Assembly: GCA_001179505.1 (NCBI GenBank)
Contig: CDMY01000033.1
Coordinates: 1 to 64,000 of the forward strand
Source of the DNA: Vitrella brassicaformis CCMP3155
Lineage: Eukaryota > Protista > Chromerida
Direction: 5' to 3'
Length of the DNA: 64,000 nt
Shown here: piece after piece, positions 28,849 through 43,033 of the stretch
Numbering within the stretch: position 1 is the first letter of the stretch
Layout of the letters: the number at the start of each line of letters is the position of its first letter
Notes under the pieces: generated by a model
Told to the model about the DNA's origin: nothing
Databases searched by the model: none
What the model saw: only the letters and a program-made list of their open reading frames with translations
Translations under genes and position numbers: made by a program

Positions 28849-31542
28849 CTATGTGTCGCACCGCCCTGCAGTCTTTGCATCGCACTCGAGCGTCTCTAGC
28901 GTCATCACATCCACCTGGCCCTCCAAACGAAGATCAGCCTGCATACGCACGCACAGACATCAGACAGACAGAGAGACACACATGTCAGTCAGGGGCTTTG
29001 CTGCGCTCACCTTGACGGGGGCTGGCGCGTCTGTCTGTGCGGGCTCTGCCAGGGCCGCCAAACACTCGCGGAGACGGCATTGACTCAGCCTGTGATGCCA
29101 TCCATAGGTGCAGCACACACGAGGGACGGATCGAGGAATGGATAAAAGGAGTCTGAACTTGCCTTTCTCACCATGACTCAAGATACTCTTCGGGGGAAGA
29201 GTCAGCTGTCACGACGCTGAGATGAAGACACAACACACATCAGGTGAGCAGCAAACACACCACACGTGGATGGGATGGAGGGATGTCGGGGGGCGTGGAT
29301 GGCAGCGACTGCAGTGCTGCCTACTCGAATGCGATTTCGATGTGTTCAATTTCTTCCAGCTGCCGTTGGATCTCGAGCTGGTCACCCAGGAGGAAATCCA
29401 CACGCCGCTCTCCCTCAGTCTGCGCACGCCGAAACACACAGACACGGAGACATCCCTCGACCTTCTGCTCCTCCCCTGGCCCCATCGTACCATCAGGCTC
29501 CTCAGTGCCCCCTCCACAATCGAGCACACCTCCTGCTCAACGTCGGTGCAATTCTTCTCGAGACGCCTGCACGCACACAACGAACAAACAAAAGGTCACA
29601 CGCACACACACACACACACATCCGGCCGCCTCACACGTCTCGCCTGACCTGACTTGCTCCTGTATGGCCGTGAGCTGCTCCATCAGGACGGCCCGCCTGG
29701 GCGGGAAGGGCGGCGGAGGGATGTGCGAGTCCCGCACCGCCACCCTGTAGGCCTCCTCCAGCGTCAAGACCGGATGTGTCGACCACCCAGACGGCGGAAA
29801 TGCTGATACGTACACACACACACACAGAGGACACATCCAGATGGTCTGAGTCATGATTGTCTTCACCATGCCTTTCCTTCCGTGGATCTTACGTCTTCCG
29901 GTCTCCGGTATTTCTCGCCCAGGGGGCCACGGCAATGCGGTCTTCCTCGGAAAAGACGACAGCAGGGTGCTCTTGGGCACATGGTTGCCGATCGGATGGT
30001 TGTTTCTCGAGAGAGAGAACGGCCTCATCTGTGGGTGGCCGTGCTTGTCGAAGGCCAGGGGCAGCTCTGCTCCTCCTGCTGCTGCTGGTGCTGCTGGTGG
30101 GCTGGCGACACTGGGCGGACAGCAGTGTGCGCACATGCGGCAGAAAGGGATGCGGCAGCTGATGCAGTAGCGGTCGGCCGGGAGGGAGGGGTGCAGGCTG
30201 CACATAGGGATCTTCTGAGGCATCTGATTGATTGGCACGCGCAGGTGTCTCGCAGTCAGTTTGGTGTTGTGCAGCTGCGCATCGCACTCCGAGCACAGCT
30301 TGGCCTCGTCAGCCCCACACCACCAGGTGGCCGCACGCACACCGCACTTCTCACACATCGGCTGCAAACAAAACAAAAGAGACAGACTTCACACCAACCA
30401 AAAGTGGCAGATGGACAGACACGTCACTCACCAGCCCCAGCTCATTCGGTCCCGCAGGATCGAACTCCACGAGGAAGAAGTAGTGCGGCAGCAGCCTTGA
30501 CGATTCGAAGACGACATACTCGTGCCGGAACACCTTCTGCGGCGGGACGAGGCGCGCAGGGAGGGGAGCCACGCCGTGCAAGCTGTCGAGTATCTCGTCC
30601 ATTGGGGACTCGGTGGCTGATGTAGGGGCCTCTGCGGCAGGCTTGATGAAGACGCTGTCATACTCTGCAAAGAGAATCTGGTTTGATGGATGGATGGATG
30701 GATGGATGGATGGATGGATGAAGGGATGTGGATTCCCATTTGCTCGGTCTCACCCGGCGGCAGCTTGAAGCTGTCGTTGAAGACCTCTCTCTCAGACTCG
30801 ACGGCCATCGACGCACCCACAGCTGGATGGACACCATGGACGGCTCTATCTATGCATTGGTCTGTCTGCCTGTCTTGCCGTCTCAGCTCTCTCTCTCACC
30901 CACACTGCAGCAGATGAACCGCATCGCTCTTCTCTGCTTCAGCAGGGTGGCCTTCTCGAGGTTGGCGTCGCTGGGCGGGGGAGGGGTCGGGTCATGGCTC
31001 TCATCAGTCACATGCTGCCAGTGGTGGTGGTGGGGGTCGCTGGGCAGCCCTGGGATGCCGAAGTTGCCCACGGCCACCTTCAGCCCTCGAGCAGGGAGAT
31101 GGATACCTGTTGTGGTCGGGAGAGAAGAACGATTGATTGCTCTTCAGATGTCTTGACGTGAAACATGCACTGTCTCATGTGTGTAGTACTACCTCTCTCG
31201 ACAACGTCTCGCAGACTGTTGGTGGCCTTGCCGACAGACATGGGGGAGCTGAGTGCATCTGCATTGAGAAACGCAGGCACCACCAGCCGACCCTGCGCGA
31301 ACACACACCATTGCAAAAGCTGATGACATGGCCATGTAGCAGTTTTGTTTGTCACTTGGATGGACCCCTCCCTCTCTGACCTGGCTTCTTCGGTGGAAGT
31401 CCTGTGCGAGATGCGGGTTGTCGAGGTGCCAGGCTGCCGTGAGCTTGAGCTCTGTGGTTCTTCCGCAGATCTGGGTGAGCTGCTCCAGGGCACCCCACTC
31501 AGTCGATGTAGCCGCCAGTGGAATGGCAGCGCCGTGCTCCAT
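28849..31542 (-). CDS. Multi-exon protein: degenerate PARP/ADP-ribosyltransferase-like fold, two B-box zinc fingers, coiled coil
   Basis: HLDNPHLAQDF; FICCSVAVG...PPEYDSVF...HEYVVFESSRLLPHYFFLVEF; CEKC..WWCGADEAKLCSECDAQLH...H; CSLH...YCISC...CRMC; downstream EQVRRRLEKNC coiled coil. Ends approximate. Confidence 0.75.
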
Positions 31543-31728
31543 TTGTGCGAGACGGGGGGGGCCAGCTTGCCCCCAAGCTCGCAGAGCGAGCTCGCACTGT
31601 TTTTGCGAAGGATAGCATTTCTCTCTCGGTTTTGGTATTACTGAGCCTCGCCTGAGCTGCCTCGCTCCGTTCAAGGCCTTCCCAACCTCTTCTTCGCACA
31701 GGCAACAGCTGGCAGTGGTGCTTTGTGC

Positions 31729-34700
31729 ATGGATCTCGAGATCCCGATGCAGGGCGAGGCGGCCCAGGAGAGCACGAAGGCCTCGTCGGTCGTCGAGAGG
31801 GGCAGCAGCAAGAGGGGGAGCTTGTGGTCATCTTCACACCACAAGCCAGAGGAGCAGCAGCGGCCGGCTGGTCTGGGGAGCTGCCTGGAGTGCTTTGGTG
31901 GTTTGGTCAAGAGCGTCAGGCCGGAGTGCTGCTGGTCACGCAGCTTTGCTGAAGTCGACCGTAAGCACAACCACACACAAACACACGGTAGCAAACACAA
32001 CACGACACACATGGAAGAGTGTGTGTCTGTCGTGTGTCTGTCCATCAGCTCCTGTGCGGGAGTTTCAGCCGACATTTTGGGACGCGGTGAGTCAGCTGGG
32101 CCTCGCATGGCGGCTGTACAAGTTCATCCGGCACGAGAAGAGAGACGGCCTCCTGCCGTGGATCGACCCGTTCGCTCCCAAGAAGCCGCACACCAACCAC
32201 GGTGAAAGCAAGGGGCGAGGCAAGGGGTGCAGTGCACGTGTGTGAGCGGCCCGCCCTTGTTGGTGGACGGATGTATCTGGTCTGGTCTGGTGCGTGTTGC
32301 GGTGCAATGTGGTTAGGTGTGCCATGTGGTGGGCTCGGGTGCGGCTCTATCGGTAGGTGACTGATAACGAGGTGGTGGAGGGAGGGATGGCTGCCATTCT
32401 CACTCTCCCATCTGTGTCATGTTGGTGCTTGTGTCTGCTCTGCAGGGCGGGGATACCGCGGCGCTTTCAACCGCTTTTGTTTGCGGCCCGGGCGAGTGGA
32501 GGAGGTCGAACCCATCGCCAACCAATTCTCGGTGATTGATGCCGCTGGCACACAAGCGAGAAGAGCAGCGGCACTGTGCCTGTCCTGTTCTGTCTGGTCG
32601 TTCGCTGATCAGGTCCGTGTGTGTCTGAAGGAGAGCCATCGGAGAGCGGCTGGCGTGCTCAACCCTGATTTCCGGGCCGGTGAAGCGCAGGATGCGGCCT
32701 GCTGCTCATGCAGGTAGGTACCTACCAACACTGCACTGCACGTGACCAACCAACAGCGTCCCGCCATGGCAAAAGATGCACCGAGTGTCCCCCTGCTGTC
32801 TGTCTGTCTGTCTGTGTCCTGCAGGCAACGGTCGATGTCCCGTTCGATAAGCAATCCCGACGACATCGACCACCACCAGAGCCCCTTTCTCTCCTCTTCA
32901 CCCCCTACGGCACCCTCCTCCAACAGCAACCACCACCACCAGCAGCAGCAGCGGTCTGCCGTTGAGCCGTTGTCGTCATGGGTGCCCTGGCACGAGGCGG
33001 GTGTCACGCGCAAGGGGCGGAGAGAGAAGGGCGGTCAGCAGCGCGACAGCCGTGGCCATGAGCAGCAGCTGGCGAGCGATGCTCTGGCAAACACGTAAGC
33101 TGCGAGGGAAAGGGATGGAGGTGTGTACGAGACTGTGTCTTGCTTTGGTTGCAGTCAGTACCACGGCCGTTTCCCGAGGAGCTGGACGGAGTACTCAGAC
33201 GTATTCGGTGAGCGAGACGAGACCCAGACACGGCTTCTCTTCTCCACGATCATTTGTTCATGTCGTCTTGTGCTGTGTGTCAGGTTTGGGTGTCCATTTA
33301 GTGTGCAAGCAGGTGTCGCCCTTCATCCCTCACCAGTACGTCGACAGCTGCCTGCCCGTCTCATGCTTCCAATGGCTCATACACAACGCAAACGACGAAC
33401 CCGCAGAGGCAGGCGCAAACCACACCACATCACACTGCACTGCACCACAGAGCTTCCTATCCTATGCCCCCACTCCACTGCTGTGTTCTTCTGTGTGTTG
33501 CTTGTAGGTGTCCCTGATGTTCACCTGGCAGAATGAGGTCCGCGACGATGACGGCGTGCGTGGCGGCCACTGCCACAGGCCATTCGAGGGCCCCCAAGTC
33601 AGCAGCGGCGTGCTGCTGCACCACTCGCTCCCCCCAGACAAGACCGCCCAGCGCGACGGCGCCGTCACCCTCACCGAGTCGGCCGCAGACCCCCTGACCT
33701 TCGGCATTGCCGTCAGGAGCGACGATGGCGTCGAGGGCTCATGCTGCCCGGTCTTCGACTGCAACGGCACCGGCAACGACATATGGCGGCCGTTCTCCCG
33801 CTCTGGGCGGCTGCAGGCGCAGCCCGGCGACATCAATCCGGAGGTCAACCTGCCCGTCTCGAGGGAGGGGGAGAGGTGGGGGGCGGGGGTGTGCGGTAAG
33901 GTCACGGTGCCGCCGCGCTCCTCCAGACGTGTGACGTTCGCTCTGTCGTGGGATATGCCCGTCGCCCGGTTCCCCCTGGGCCATCCGTGGCGACGGCGGT
34001 ACTCGACGCTGTTTTATGAGGGTGAGGACTTCGTCAACGGCGGAGTGTTTGACCCGTTTCCTGGCGAGGAGAGGGGCGGGCTGTCGACCTGCAATGTTGC
34101 CGCACAGCTGTGCGAGTATGCCATGCGCAAGGTGAGCAAACAGGGAGGGCGGGAGGCGGACAGGGAAGGGACAGGGCGGGGAGGTTGTGAGTTTGCCGAT
34201 GCGATGAGTATGTTGTGTACGTGCTGGTGTGTTCAGATGGAGCATTGGGAGAGTGAGATTGAGGCGTGGCAGCGGCCGGTGCTCGACGATGCCACACTGC
34301 CACAATGGTTGGCGCCTGTAGCAAGCAACAGATACACACGGAGAGAGAGGTGAGTTGTCTTGGTGCTTGTCTTGTGTGTGTTCACTCACTCACCCAGGTA
34401 CAAGTCGGCTCTCTTCAACGAGCTGTACTTCCTGGTGGAGGCGGGGACGCTGTGGACGAACGGCAAGCCATGGAAGAACAACGTCAAACAGCCCATACAG
34501 CCATGGTAGGTAACACACACAACACATTACAACACATCGCCCACACACGAATGGCTGGCCCCTACTCGATTGATTGTACCATACCATCCTGCCTTTCGCT
34601 CTCTCTCTCTGTCACCAGGTGGCAGCCCCTGGCCGCACAGGCTCTCTCAGCCCCGCTCTCCGTCCCCTCCCACCTGGCGTCGTCCATCAAGCGCCGCGCC

Positions 34701-37445
34701 AGGTGGCCCCTCTTCGCCGCATGGACCACCAAAGCGCGCGACCCACGCCTCAGCCTCTACACCCCGCCCACATCCACCGCTCCGCCCTCCTCCTCCGTCA
34801 CGCCAGCCTCGCCCCTCTCCAGCCAGAATTCTTCCCCCGTCTTGGCGCCGTTTGTGGTGTGCGATAACGGAGGGCTGCAGCAGAAGGTGCGGACGGCGTG
34901 TGTGGTGCCGACCCTGGCTGATGCGGAGGGGTGCGAGCAGGCTCACCTGATGTCCCTGAGGAGGGGAAACGGGACGATTGCCAATGTTGGCGGCGGGTCG
35001 GATGGCGACAGCGACGTGCACTTGTGCGACATTGGCGACGAGAAGAGCGCGGAGCCGTTTGGTCATTTCCTGTACCTGGAGGGGCTGGAGTACCTCATGT
35101 ACAACACATATGACGTGCACTTCTACGCATCCTGGGCACTGGTGGGTCAATGGGCGGGAGGGAGGGAGGTTCACTCAGGGGGAACAAGACAACCACAGCC
35201 ACAGCAAGCAGATCTTTTCCTCCTAGATCTTTTCCTCCTGTCTGTCTACCTGTGTGTGTGTGTGTGTGTCGTCAGCTGGCGCTGTTTCCCCATCTGGAGC
35301 TCAGCCTGCAGCGGGACTTCGCCAGAGTAAGCCGCACACCCATGTCCATGCGCCCAGCGACAACAGACATAGACAAGTACATTCATCTGTGTGTGCGTCA
35401 GGCCGTCCTTCGCGAGGACGAGGAGGAGCGCACATACGTCTACCAAATGAACCACCGGGGCAAGCGGAAAGAACAAGGTCAGCGAGCGAAGCGAAGCGGG
35501 CCATACAGATAGTCAAACAAACCACACTGACCGAATTGTCTCTCATGACGGACGTCAGGCTGTGTTCCGCACGACATGGGTGGCCCGGGCGAGGCGCCCC
35601 TCGTGATGCCCAACTGCTACAACCTCCACCACACAGGCAACCAACCGACGCACAGACAGACAGACACACACCCACACGCCCACATGATGCGGTCTCGTTG
35701 TTCGTTTGTGTGCAGACGACTGGAAGGACCTGCCGTGCAAGTTCCTGCTGCAGGTGTGGCGTGACTACCACGTCACGCGGGACGCCTCCTTCCTCCAGTT
35801 CTGCTGGCCCGCCATCGAGCTCTGCCTCAAGCGCACACTGCGGTTCGTCGACGCCAGCCACGGCCTTATTGTGCACGGCGGCTGGCCCGACCACACCTAT
35901 GACGCATGGAGCGTCGATGGGGTGAGTGGGCGAGCAATGGGAAGGTTCCTTTGTCTGATGTTCTTGACCCGTGTGTGTGTGTGTGTGTGTGTGTTTGTGT
36001 GTGTAGTTTTCGGCTTACACAGGAGGATTGTGGGTAGCGGCGCTTCACGCGTATCTGGCGATGGTGCCTGTGGTTGAGGCGATTGGCGGGGTGGACATCA
36101 CCCTGGAGGTGGACGAGATCAGGGAGCTGCAGAAGAGGGCCGAGGCCTGCTGGGAGGTGCGCATGGAAGACTGGGAGAAAGGGAGAACACAGCACAGCAG
36201 TAGTGCTCTCCCTCCCACGTGGCTGCCTGTCGTGTGCGTGTGTGGTGTGTAGGACCTGCTTTGGGACCCCGACAAGCAGTATTTCCTCTACGACAACATC
36301 GGTATGTCAAACGCACTTCTTCAGCCAGCGGCACACAACGATCGTTGTATGCAACGATCGTTGTATGGCCTCTTTGTCCACTGCCTGCAGACAACAACAG
36401 CGTCCACTCCGACCAGCTGGCGGGGATCTGGTACTCGCGCGCCACGGGCCTCCCATACGCCGTCAACGACGACAAAGTCACCGCCGCCCTCAAGGTCACC
36501 ACGACACACACACCACAAGCCAAAAAGACACCATATCGCGGACACTACTGACCCATCCCTCGTTGTGCGTTCTTTCAGACGGTGTATGAGGCCAACGTGG
36601 GCGGCTTCCAGAACGGCCGATGGGGTGCGGTCAACGGGATGCACCCAAACCTCAAGTCGATCGACAACTCGTGCATCCAGTCGAGGGAGGTGTGGACGGG
36701 CGTGACGTACGCCTTGGCGGCCACCATGCTGCAGTCGGGGCTGGACACCGAGGCCTTCGTGACGGCGGGCGGCATCTGGCAGGCCTGCTGGCGGGATCTG
36801 GGGTTCTGGTACCAGACGCCGGAGGCATTTGACGTCCATGGCAGGTCAGTGGGGGGACCGGCAAACACACAGAAGGCATCTTCTCATCCATCTCTCCATG
36901 TGTGCCTCGTTCTGGTCAGGTTTCGTTCTCTGGCGTACATGCGTCCCCTAGCCATATGGGCCATGCAATACGAGATCGACCAGCGCAAGAACACCCAGCC
37001 CATGAACATCAGTCTGCCCGCAGTCTCCCGCCACCTTACCCCACTCGACGCACTCATCCCCGACCCTTCGCCCGCGCCATCGCCCACGTCATCTCCCGAC
37101 AACCGACAGATCGAGCTCGTCCCCACACACAGGACGCCACTCCCACCCCTCCTCAGCGACGAGAGGAGGGAGAGGGAGAGGGAGAGAGAGGACAGCGATG
37201 GTCTGATGCTGCCGTCGCTGGTGGGTCGCGCAGCGAGTATGGGGAGCGAGGACGCAGCTGCGGCTGGTGCTGGGGATTGGTGCGTGAAGGTGAACGGCGG
37301 TGGGTCGTCGTCCTGCCGTGACGAGAGCAATCGGACGAACAGAGGCTTCTCCCCGGCCATCAGCTCATCCTCATTCTCGCCGGCAATGGGGACGTCCCCG
37401 TTGCCGAGACGGCGGTCGGAGGCATCATGCGAGAAGGGGGCGTAG
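31729..37445 (+). CDS. GBA2: Non-lysosomal glucosylceramidase (GH116, GBA2-like), multi-exon
   Basis: [114 protein letters not shown]. Confidence 0.95.
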
Positions 37446-38452
37446 GGACGGAGGGAGGATGAGTGTGTGGGGGGGGGTGGTATTGCTTTGTTTTGTTCTG
37501 TTTTGTTGATGGTGTTGCGTGTGATGGATTGGGCGTGTCGCCACTCGTTGCGGATGGACACAAGATGGTGCTCATCCGCTGTGCCCAGCGGATGGTATGT
37601 TCCATCATGTATTCATGTGCAACGGCTGGACCGACCAGTGCACCACACGCACACGTGACGAAGACAGATGAGATGCTATGGCCTCCGATGGAGAGGGGAC
37701 GATTCCTTGGTCCATGTTTTTGAATTCGCTGTGGTGCGCTTTTGTTTCCGATGCGTTTGTTGTCCGGGAGGCCGATCAGCGAGTCTCTCAGTTGGGTCGG
37801 TCTCTCTCTCTCAGTGGCTTCTCCTGTGTGTGCGTCGGTGTGTGTCGTGTACAGGGAGAGTTCATCTGGCTAGTGCTTTATTGCGTCGTTGGTCTGTGTC
37901 TGTGTGTATAGGGCGGGAGGGAGGGAGAGAGGGAGGGCCGTCGATGGCTGCGTGCGTGTGTCTTGCTGATGAGTGCGAGGGCGAGTGCCGTCTTCCTCCT
38001 CTTTCAACACGTGTTGGCGTGTGTACGTGGCTGAGCTGCCTGCCTGGCTGCCTGAATTGCACTGCTTGGTTTGATGTGCAGTCGGCTGGCCACACAGTCA
38101 GCGATCTGCCTTGCTAAGATGGATGGTTCATGGTGGATGTGGGTGTGTGTGGGTGTAAGTGTGGACGCCAGCAAACCACATCGGCTTTTTTCCCCAGACC
38201 CGATGTGACAGACCGACAGACACTGCTTGTAGTGAAGACACTCAAACCAAGTCAATTGCCGACATGAGTTCAGAACCGAAAGACGGTCGATCCATCAGAC
38301 ATGCACACGCATGCACCAGCCACACGGTCTTCATGTGATGCCTTGTCGTGTGTGACTCGACAGACACACAGCCTGACGTCACACAAACATTTCAGACCCA
38401 CGTACACAGAAACGCCGTGAGTCCTTGCCTGGGAAGCAGGCCACTCTCACCG

Positions 38453-41400
38453 TTACAGGACACGAGTTGCCTTCACGAGCACAATCCTTCCATCCTCATG
38501 CTTCCGTCTGTTGATGGTGAAGCCGCCCACTCGAGTGCCGTCGGGGAGCAGCGCATGAATGGCATCGCCAAGGTCGCCAGGCAGCATGTGATACACCTCC
38601 ACCTCCACCCCCACACGCATCAGGCCACGGACACCGGCGGTGAGCAGAGACGTCAGTCCGTCGCGGATGATCTTGGCGGCGGCAGAGGCCTCCAGCCCAT
38701 GGGGCACTGAATGACGACACACAGACAAGGAGGATGGACACAAACACAAGGTGAACCGACGAGCTCCTTCCTGCACTCACTGCCCTCCCGGCATACCTTC
38801 TAAGCGCATTTCTATCTCTCGAACCGACGGCAGGCCATTCGACCCCCAGCCGTCAAAGGCGCCGCCCTTCATGAGACTGACCGCAACAACATCGACAGTG
38901 CCCTGCGGGAGAATGACCGAAACTGACCCACCCACACCGACATTTGTCACCACCCTCCCCGCCCCGAGCGCCTCCAGCACACCACTCCTGTCCTGTGCAC
39001 TGACAGCTCCATCAAAATTCACCCTCCCCAAATCCGCTCTGAACCCCACCCTCACCACCTCCCTGGGCATCTTGTGCACCAGCAAACGGCCCGCAGACCC
39101 GCCCAGAGGGCTGTAGACACACAGCTCTCTCGCCCAGAGGGCAGTTGGGAACTGCTGCAGGTGGTTGATGATGGCGGGGGCGGGTGGTGTGGTGCCGCGA
39201 GGGGGGACGAAGCCAAAGGCATTCGCGACCAACACGTAATCGCACGTTGACGAACGAGAGGCTCGATGCGATGTCGATGGCCGCCGGGCTGGGGTCGTCG
39301 ATGGGGTGGGTGATGTCGTGCTGGCTGATGGCGTAGGTCAACTTGTCCGCCTGCCGTGCCGCCTCCTTGATGGCCGTCTTGATGAAGGGCGAGGGGCGAG
39401 GAGGGAATGCGTCGGCGTAGAAGACGGCCAAGTTGAAGAAGCCCCCCACAATCCGCACGTTGAGCGGGACGTTCGGCGAGGTGCAGCAGGTGTTGATGAA
39501 GCCGTCGACGGACAGCAGGGCAGAGAGGTCGTCGTGGCCCGCGAATGGTGGGATCTCCACGTCGAGGCTCGTCAGCGACTTGCGGCAGCCACGGGAAGTG
39601 AGCACGTCCTTGAAAGAAAGAAAGAGAGAAGAACGTCAATCGTCTGTGTGCACAAACAGATGAGGCCTCCCCTGTGTGATGATTGCCTACCCGCAGTCGT
39701 CTCACTCCTGCCAGGTATTGCTCTGCTGTCTCCCAACCACCGTGACGCTTAATCCCTCCGATGGTCTTCAAGTGGCTGAGCGGCCCTGGTTGGCCGCCAG
39801 GTGCCTCGGGGAAGTGCTCAAACACAGCCGCCCACTGCCCCCATGACCGCCATCGCCCCCCAACCTCTTTCAGCGACTGAGACGAGCTGATGAACCGGCC
39901 CAGCTCGTCGACATCCCAGCCATCCTGATCCATACGCTCGAGTGCGGGCATCTTCCAGCCCCTGTCGGCCAGCACACTGTGCTCACCGACGGCTCCGGTG
40001 ACGGCCCTGAGGGCATGGAGAGTGGGGAACTCGGCGAGGGGGCCAGGGAGGGAGAGCGAGTGACGTGTGCGAGTGGGGGCGCGTGGTGAAGTTGATGGTC
40101 TCCAGCGATCCCTCCGCCATGAGCTGCTGCCCCTCCTTCTCGCGCGCCTCGCGCCGCCCGGCCGCATGGCCCTCCACGATGCTTATCATGCTGCCCAGAC
40201 ACCACAACCAGTCGCGGCGTCGCTGCACGAAGGTGAGGGCCGTCAGGTTGACGAGCCGTCTGCCAGCTGGAAGGCCTCCTCAGGCGTCAGGCTCTCCCAG
40301 AAGTGACGGTCGCCCTCGGTCGAAGAGTCGATGGCGACGTGTGTCTGTTGGTGGAGGGCTGCCGTGTGGATGAGGGAGGGGCTGCTCTGCGTGGCACCAA
40401 AGGATGATTGCTGCCCGAAGGCCGGACCGCCAAGCATGCTGCCCCGAGCTGACAATGACGGTCCACTGACTGAAGACGACGCCGCCACACCTGATCGACC
40501 TACACACACATGCAGGCAGTAGGAGATTGATCCATCCATCCATCCATGTGTGTGTTGTCCCTCATGTCAGTCACCTGTGCCGCCAGTGATGCTGCCGCCG
40601 AACATGCCAGCCGTCCCAGTGGCAGCCCCGCCCTGGCCAAACAGACTCCCTCTGCCAGCGCCGCTGCTTGTCGACCTGACTTCGCCGAAGAGAGAGCCAC
40701 CTCCCGACGCTGCCGCCCCACCATGAAAGAGATCGCAACCTCCTCCCGTGGATGCCTTGCCGAAGTCGAATGGGCCGCTGGCGGGTGTGGCTGTCGACTG
40801 TGATGTGGTTGGCGCTTGGGCAGGCGCGAAGATGCCGGCGAAGAGGGGCGCTGGGGCTGTGGTGGTAGTGGTGGGGCTGGTGGGGTTTGGACGGGCAGCA
40901 CTCACGCGCTTGGCGCGGGACCGTGGTTTGTCCGCAGGTGTGGCTGCGCCCATTGTAAACAGCGACGAGGGACGGCCGCCTGATGACGCAGCTGCGGCAG
41001 CACTCGACATGGCCCCCTCTCCCGTCGATGTGCCGATCAGAGATGGTCCGCTAAACAGAGAGGGGAGCGATGCCGCACCCGGCAGCGCCCCGTCGGCCGT
41101 GTCCTCCTTCGATGCCGCCATGGTCTCGCCCTTGAGGGGTCCAAAGGCGGCGCCCGCAAAGAGCGGACCGCCAGTGGTCGACGGCAGGGCGGAAGACGAT
41201 GCCATGAGGGAGTCGGTGCTGCGAGGGGGAGGGAAGATGGCCGACAGCTCGCGAGGGGTCATAAGGCTGAACACTTTCCCCAGAAGGTCCTCGCTGAAGC
41301 GTTCAGGTGCCTGAGGCAGAGACAAGACCAAGGGAGATAGACATGAGAGTGGCTGACATCGGTCGTGTGTCGTGTGTGGCCGTGTGTACCTTCTTGCTAA

Positions 41401-41912
41401 CATCCCACACCTGCACACACACCACACCACACACCAAAGCACCACAGACAAACATCACAGAGTGCCATCCAGGGAGCTTTCTGCTGACGTGTGTTTGCCT
41501 ACCACGGGTGGCTGTGGGCTCGTCTGTGTGTCTGTGTTGGTCTGGTGCGGCACCACTCGTATGAACTCCTCCCCCCTCCGGCCGACCTCCCTCATGTAGA
41601 GCGCCGTCCCCTCGTGCAGAGTGCCCGCCTTCATGTAGACTACATGCGGGTCGACGCTATAAATTCTGGCGGTGACCCACACGTAGTCATTGGTCGGAGC
41701 CCTCCTGGAGCTCGACAGCAACACAACACGGGTGCCCTCTTTGTAACGACTACTCGCAGACCGTCCCATCACCTGATGAAACGAAGACAAGCAAACGAAG
41801 AAATGATTGAATCATTGACGGTGGCACACGATGAGTGTGTGTGTGCTGTGCCTTGACTCACCTCGGCCTGATGCGCAGCACCGGCAGATGAAGATGAAGA
41901 CGAAGCTGCCAT
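38453..41912 (-). pseudogene. Lineage-specific expanded repeat-protein family member (copy 1) with FG-rich insertion; at least 3 frameshifts relative to copy 2
   Basis: Exon-by-exon homology with 55196-57997 (HQQTHVAIDSSTEGDRHFWES, HSVLADRGWKMPALER, SRGCRKSLTS). Single-base frame breaks near 40265, 40070 and 39240. Confidence 0.75.
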
Positions 41913-42172
41913 GGCGGCACTCAACCACGGCTGACGAGAAGAGCACACGTGTGTGTGTGTGTGTGTGTATCGCTCTCGGCATCTGTGTGCTGCTTGCCGG
42001 CGAGATGTGTCGAGCAGAATCCAATGAGCGATGGCTCTCTGTCAGCCGAGGCTTTTATCGAGGAGGCCGACCTCCCCAGGGCACTCACGCCGACTCTGAG
42101 TGCTAATCCGCTGTAAAACACGCTAATCTATTCCTCGAAGGCGAGCTCATTCGCTGAGCTCGCGATCAATTC

Positions 42173-43033
42173 ATGAACGCTTTTATTCATGGCCAGCCGA
42201 TTGATCACTCCAAATGGGACCACAGTGACGTCAGCGACGACGACAATGGAGAAGAAACAAGCAGCCACAGACAGCCGACAGTCACGAGATTCGATGCGCC
42301 GCAGGAAGTGACCGGTGGCGGCATAAAGGACGAGGCACTCATCCGGCCGTCGGCAAGTGCTGCTGCTGCCCCTCCGCCCCGCCACGGGTCGAGGGAACCG
42401 AAGATCTGCCGCGGGTCATGACGGGCGAGGCGGTGAGTGGCCTGCCGACGAGCCGATGGACATCGACAGGGGCCTCCCATTGTGTGCGGGGCGAGGCGGC
42501 CTGGCCAGCGGATCTGACGAGGAATGGCAGGGCCACTGACAGACACCACTGGTCAGAGAGGGAGCAGGGACAAGCAAATGGATGACGACATACATGTAGA
42601 GGGGTGGCCCCGTGTGGGTGGCTTCCTTTCTCGCATTCAGATCTCAGTCGCGCTATGGCCTGACGGTGAGCGTCATCGTGCCGCCAGATACCGGTGCACG
42701 GGATTTCCGCATCAACCTAGACGAGCAGCACCTCACCGTCATCTGCAAAGGGCAGAAGGTGACGTTCGGCGGCCGGGTCGCATTGATTTCCATAGTGGCT
42801 ATGGGAAACAACAACGGTCAGGTCGACAGACACCTCTGCTCGTCGAATGTCATCATGGTTCTCTCCCTTTTGTGTCTGCAGTGCGCGTGACTGTGAGTAC
42901 GACTGAGGCACCGGTGTGTGCGAGTGGTGCCTTTAACGAGTGGTGCCTTTAAGGACCGCTTCCCCGAGACGACCGCCCTGGCTCGCACAGATGGTCTTCG
43001 ACCAATAGACAGCCGACAGCAGCTGTACCAAAT
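42173..43033 (+). pseudogene. CS (p23/NudC-like) domain gene with Cdc37-like N-terminal motif; frame-disrupted or truncated
   Basis: PIDHSKWDHSDVSDDD; SQSRYGLTVSVIVPPDTGARDFRINLDEQHLTV. Stop at 42421 and a 16-bp duplication at about 42920-42951 break the frames. Confidence 0.5.
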
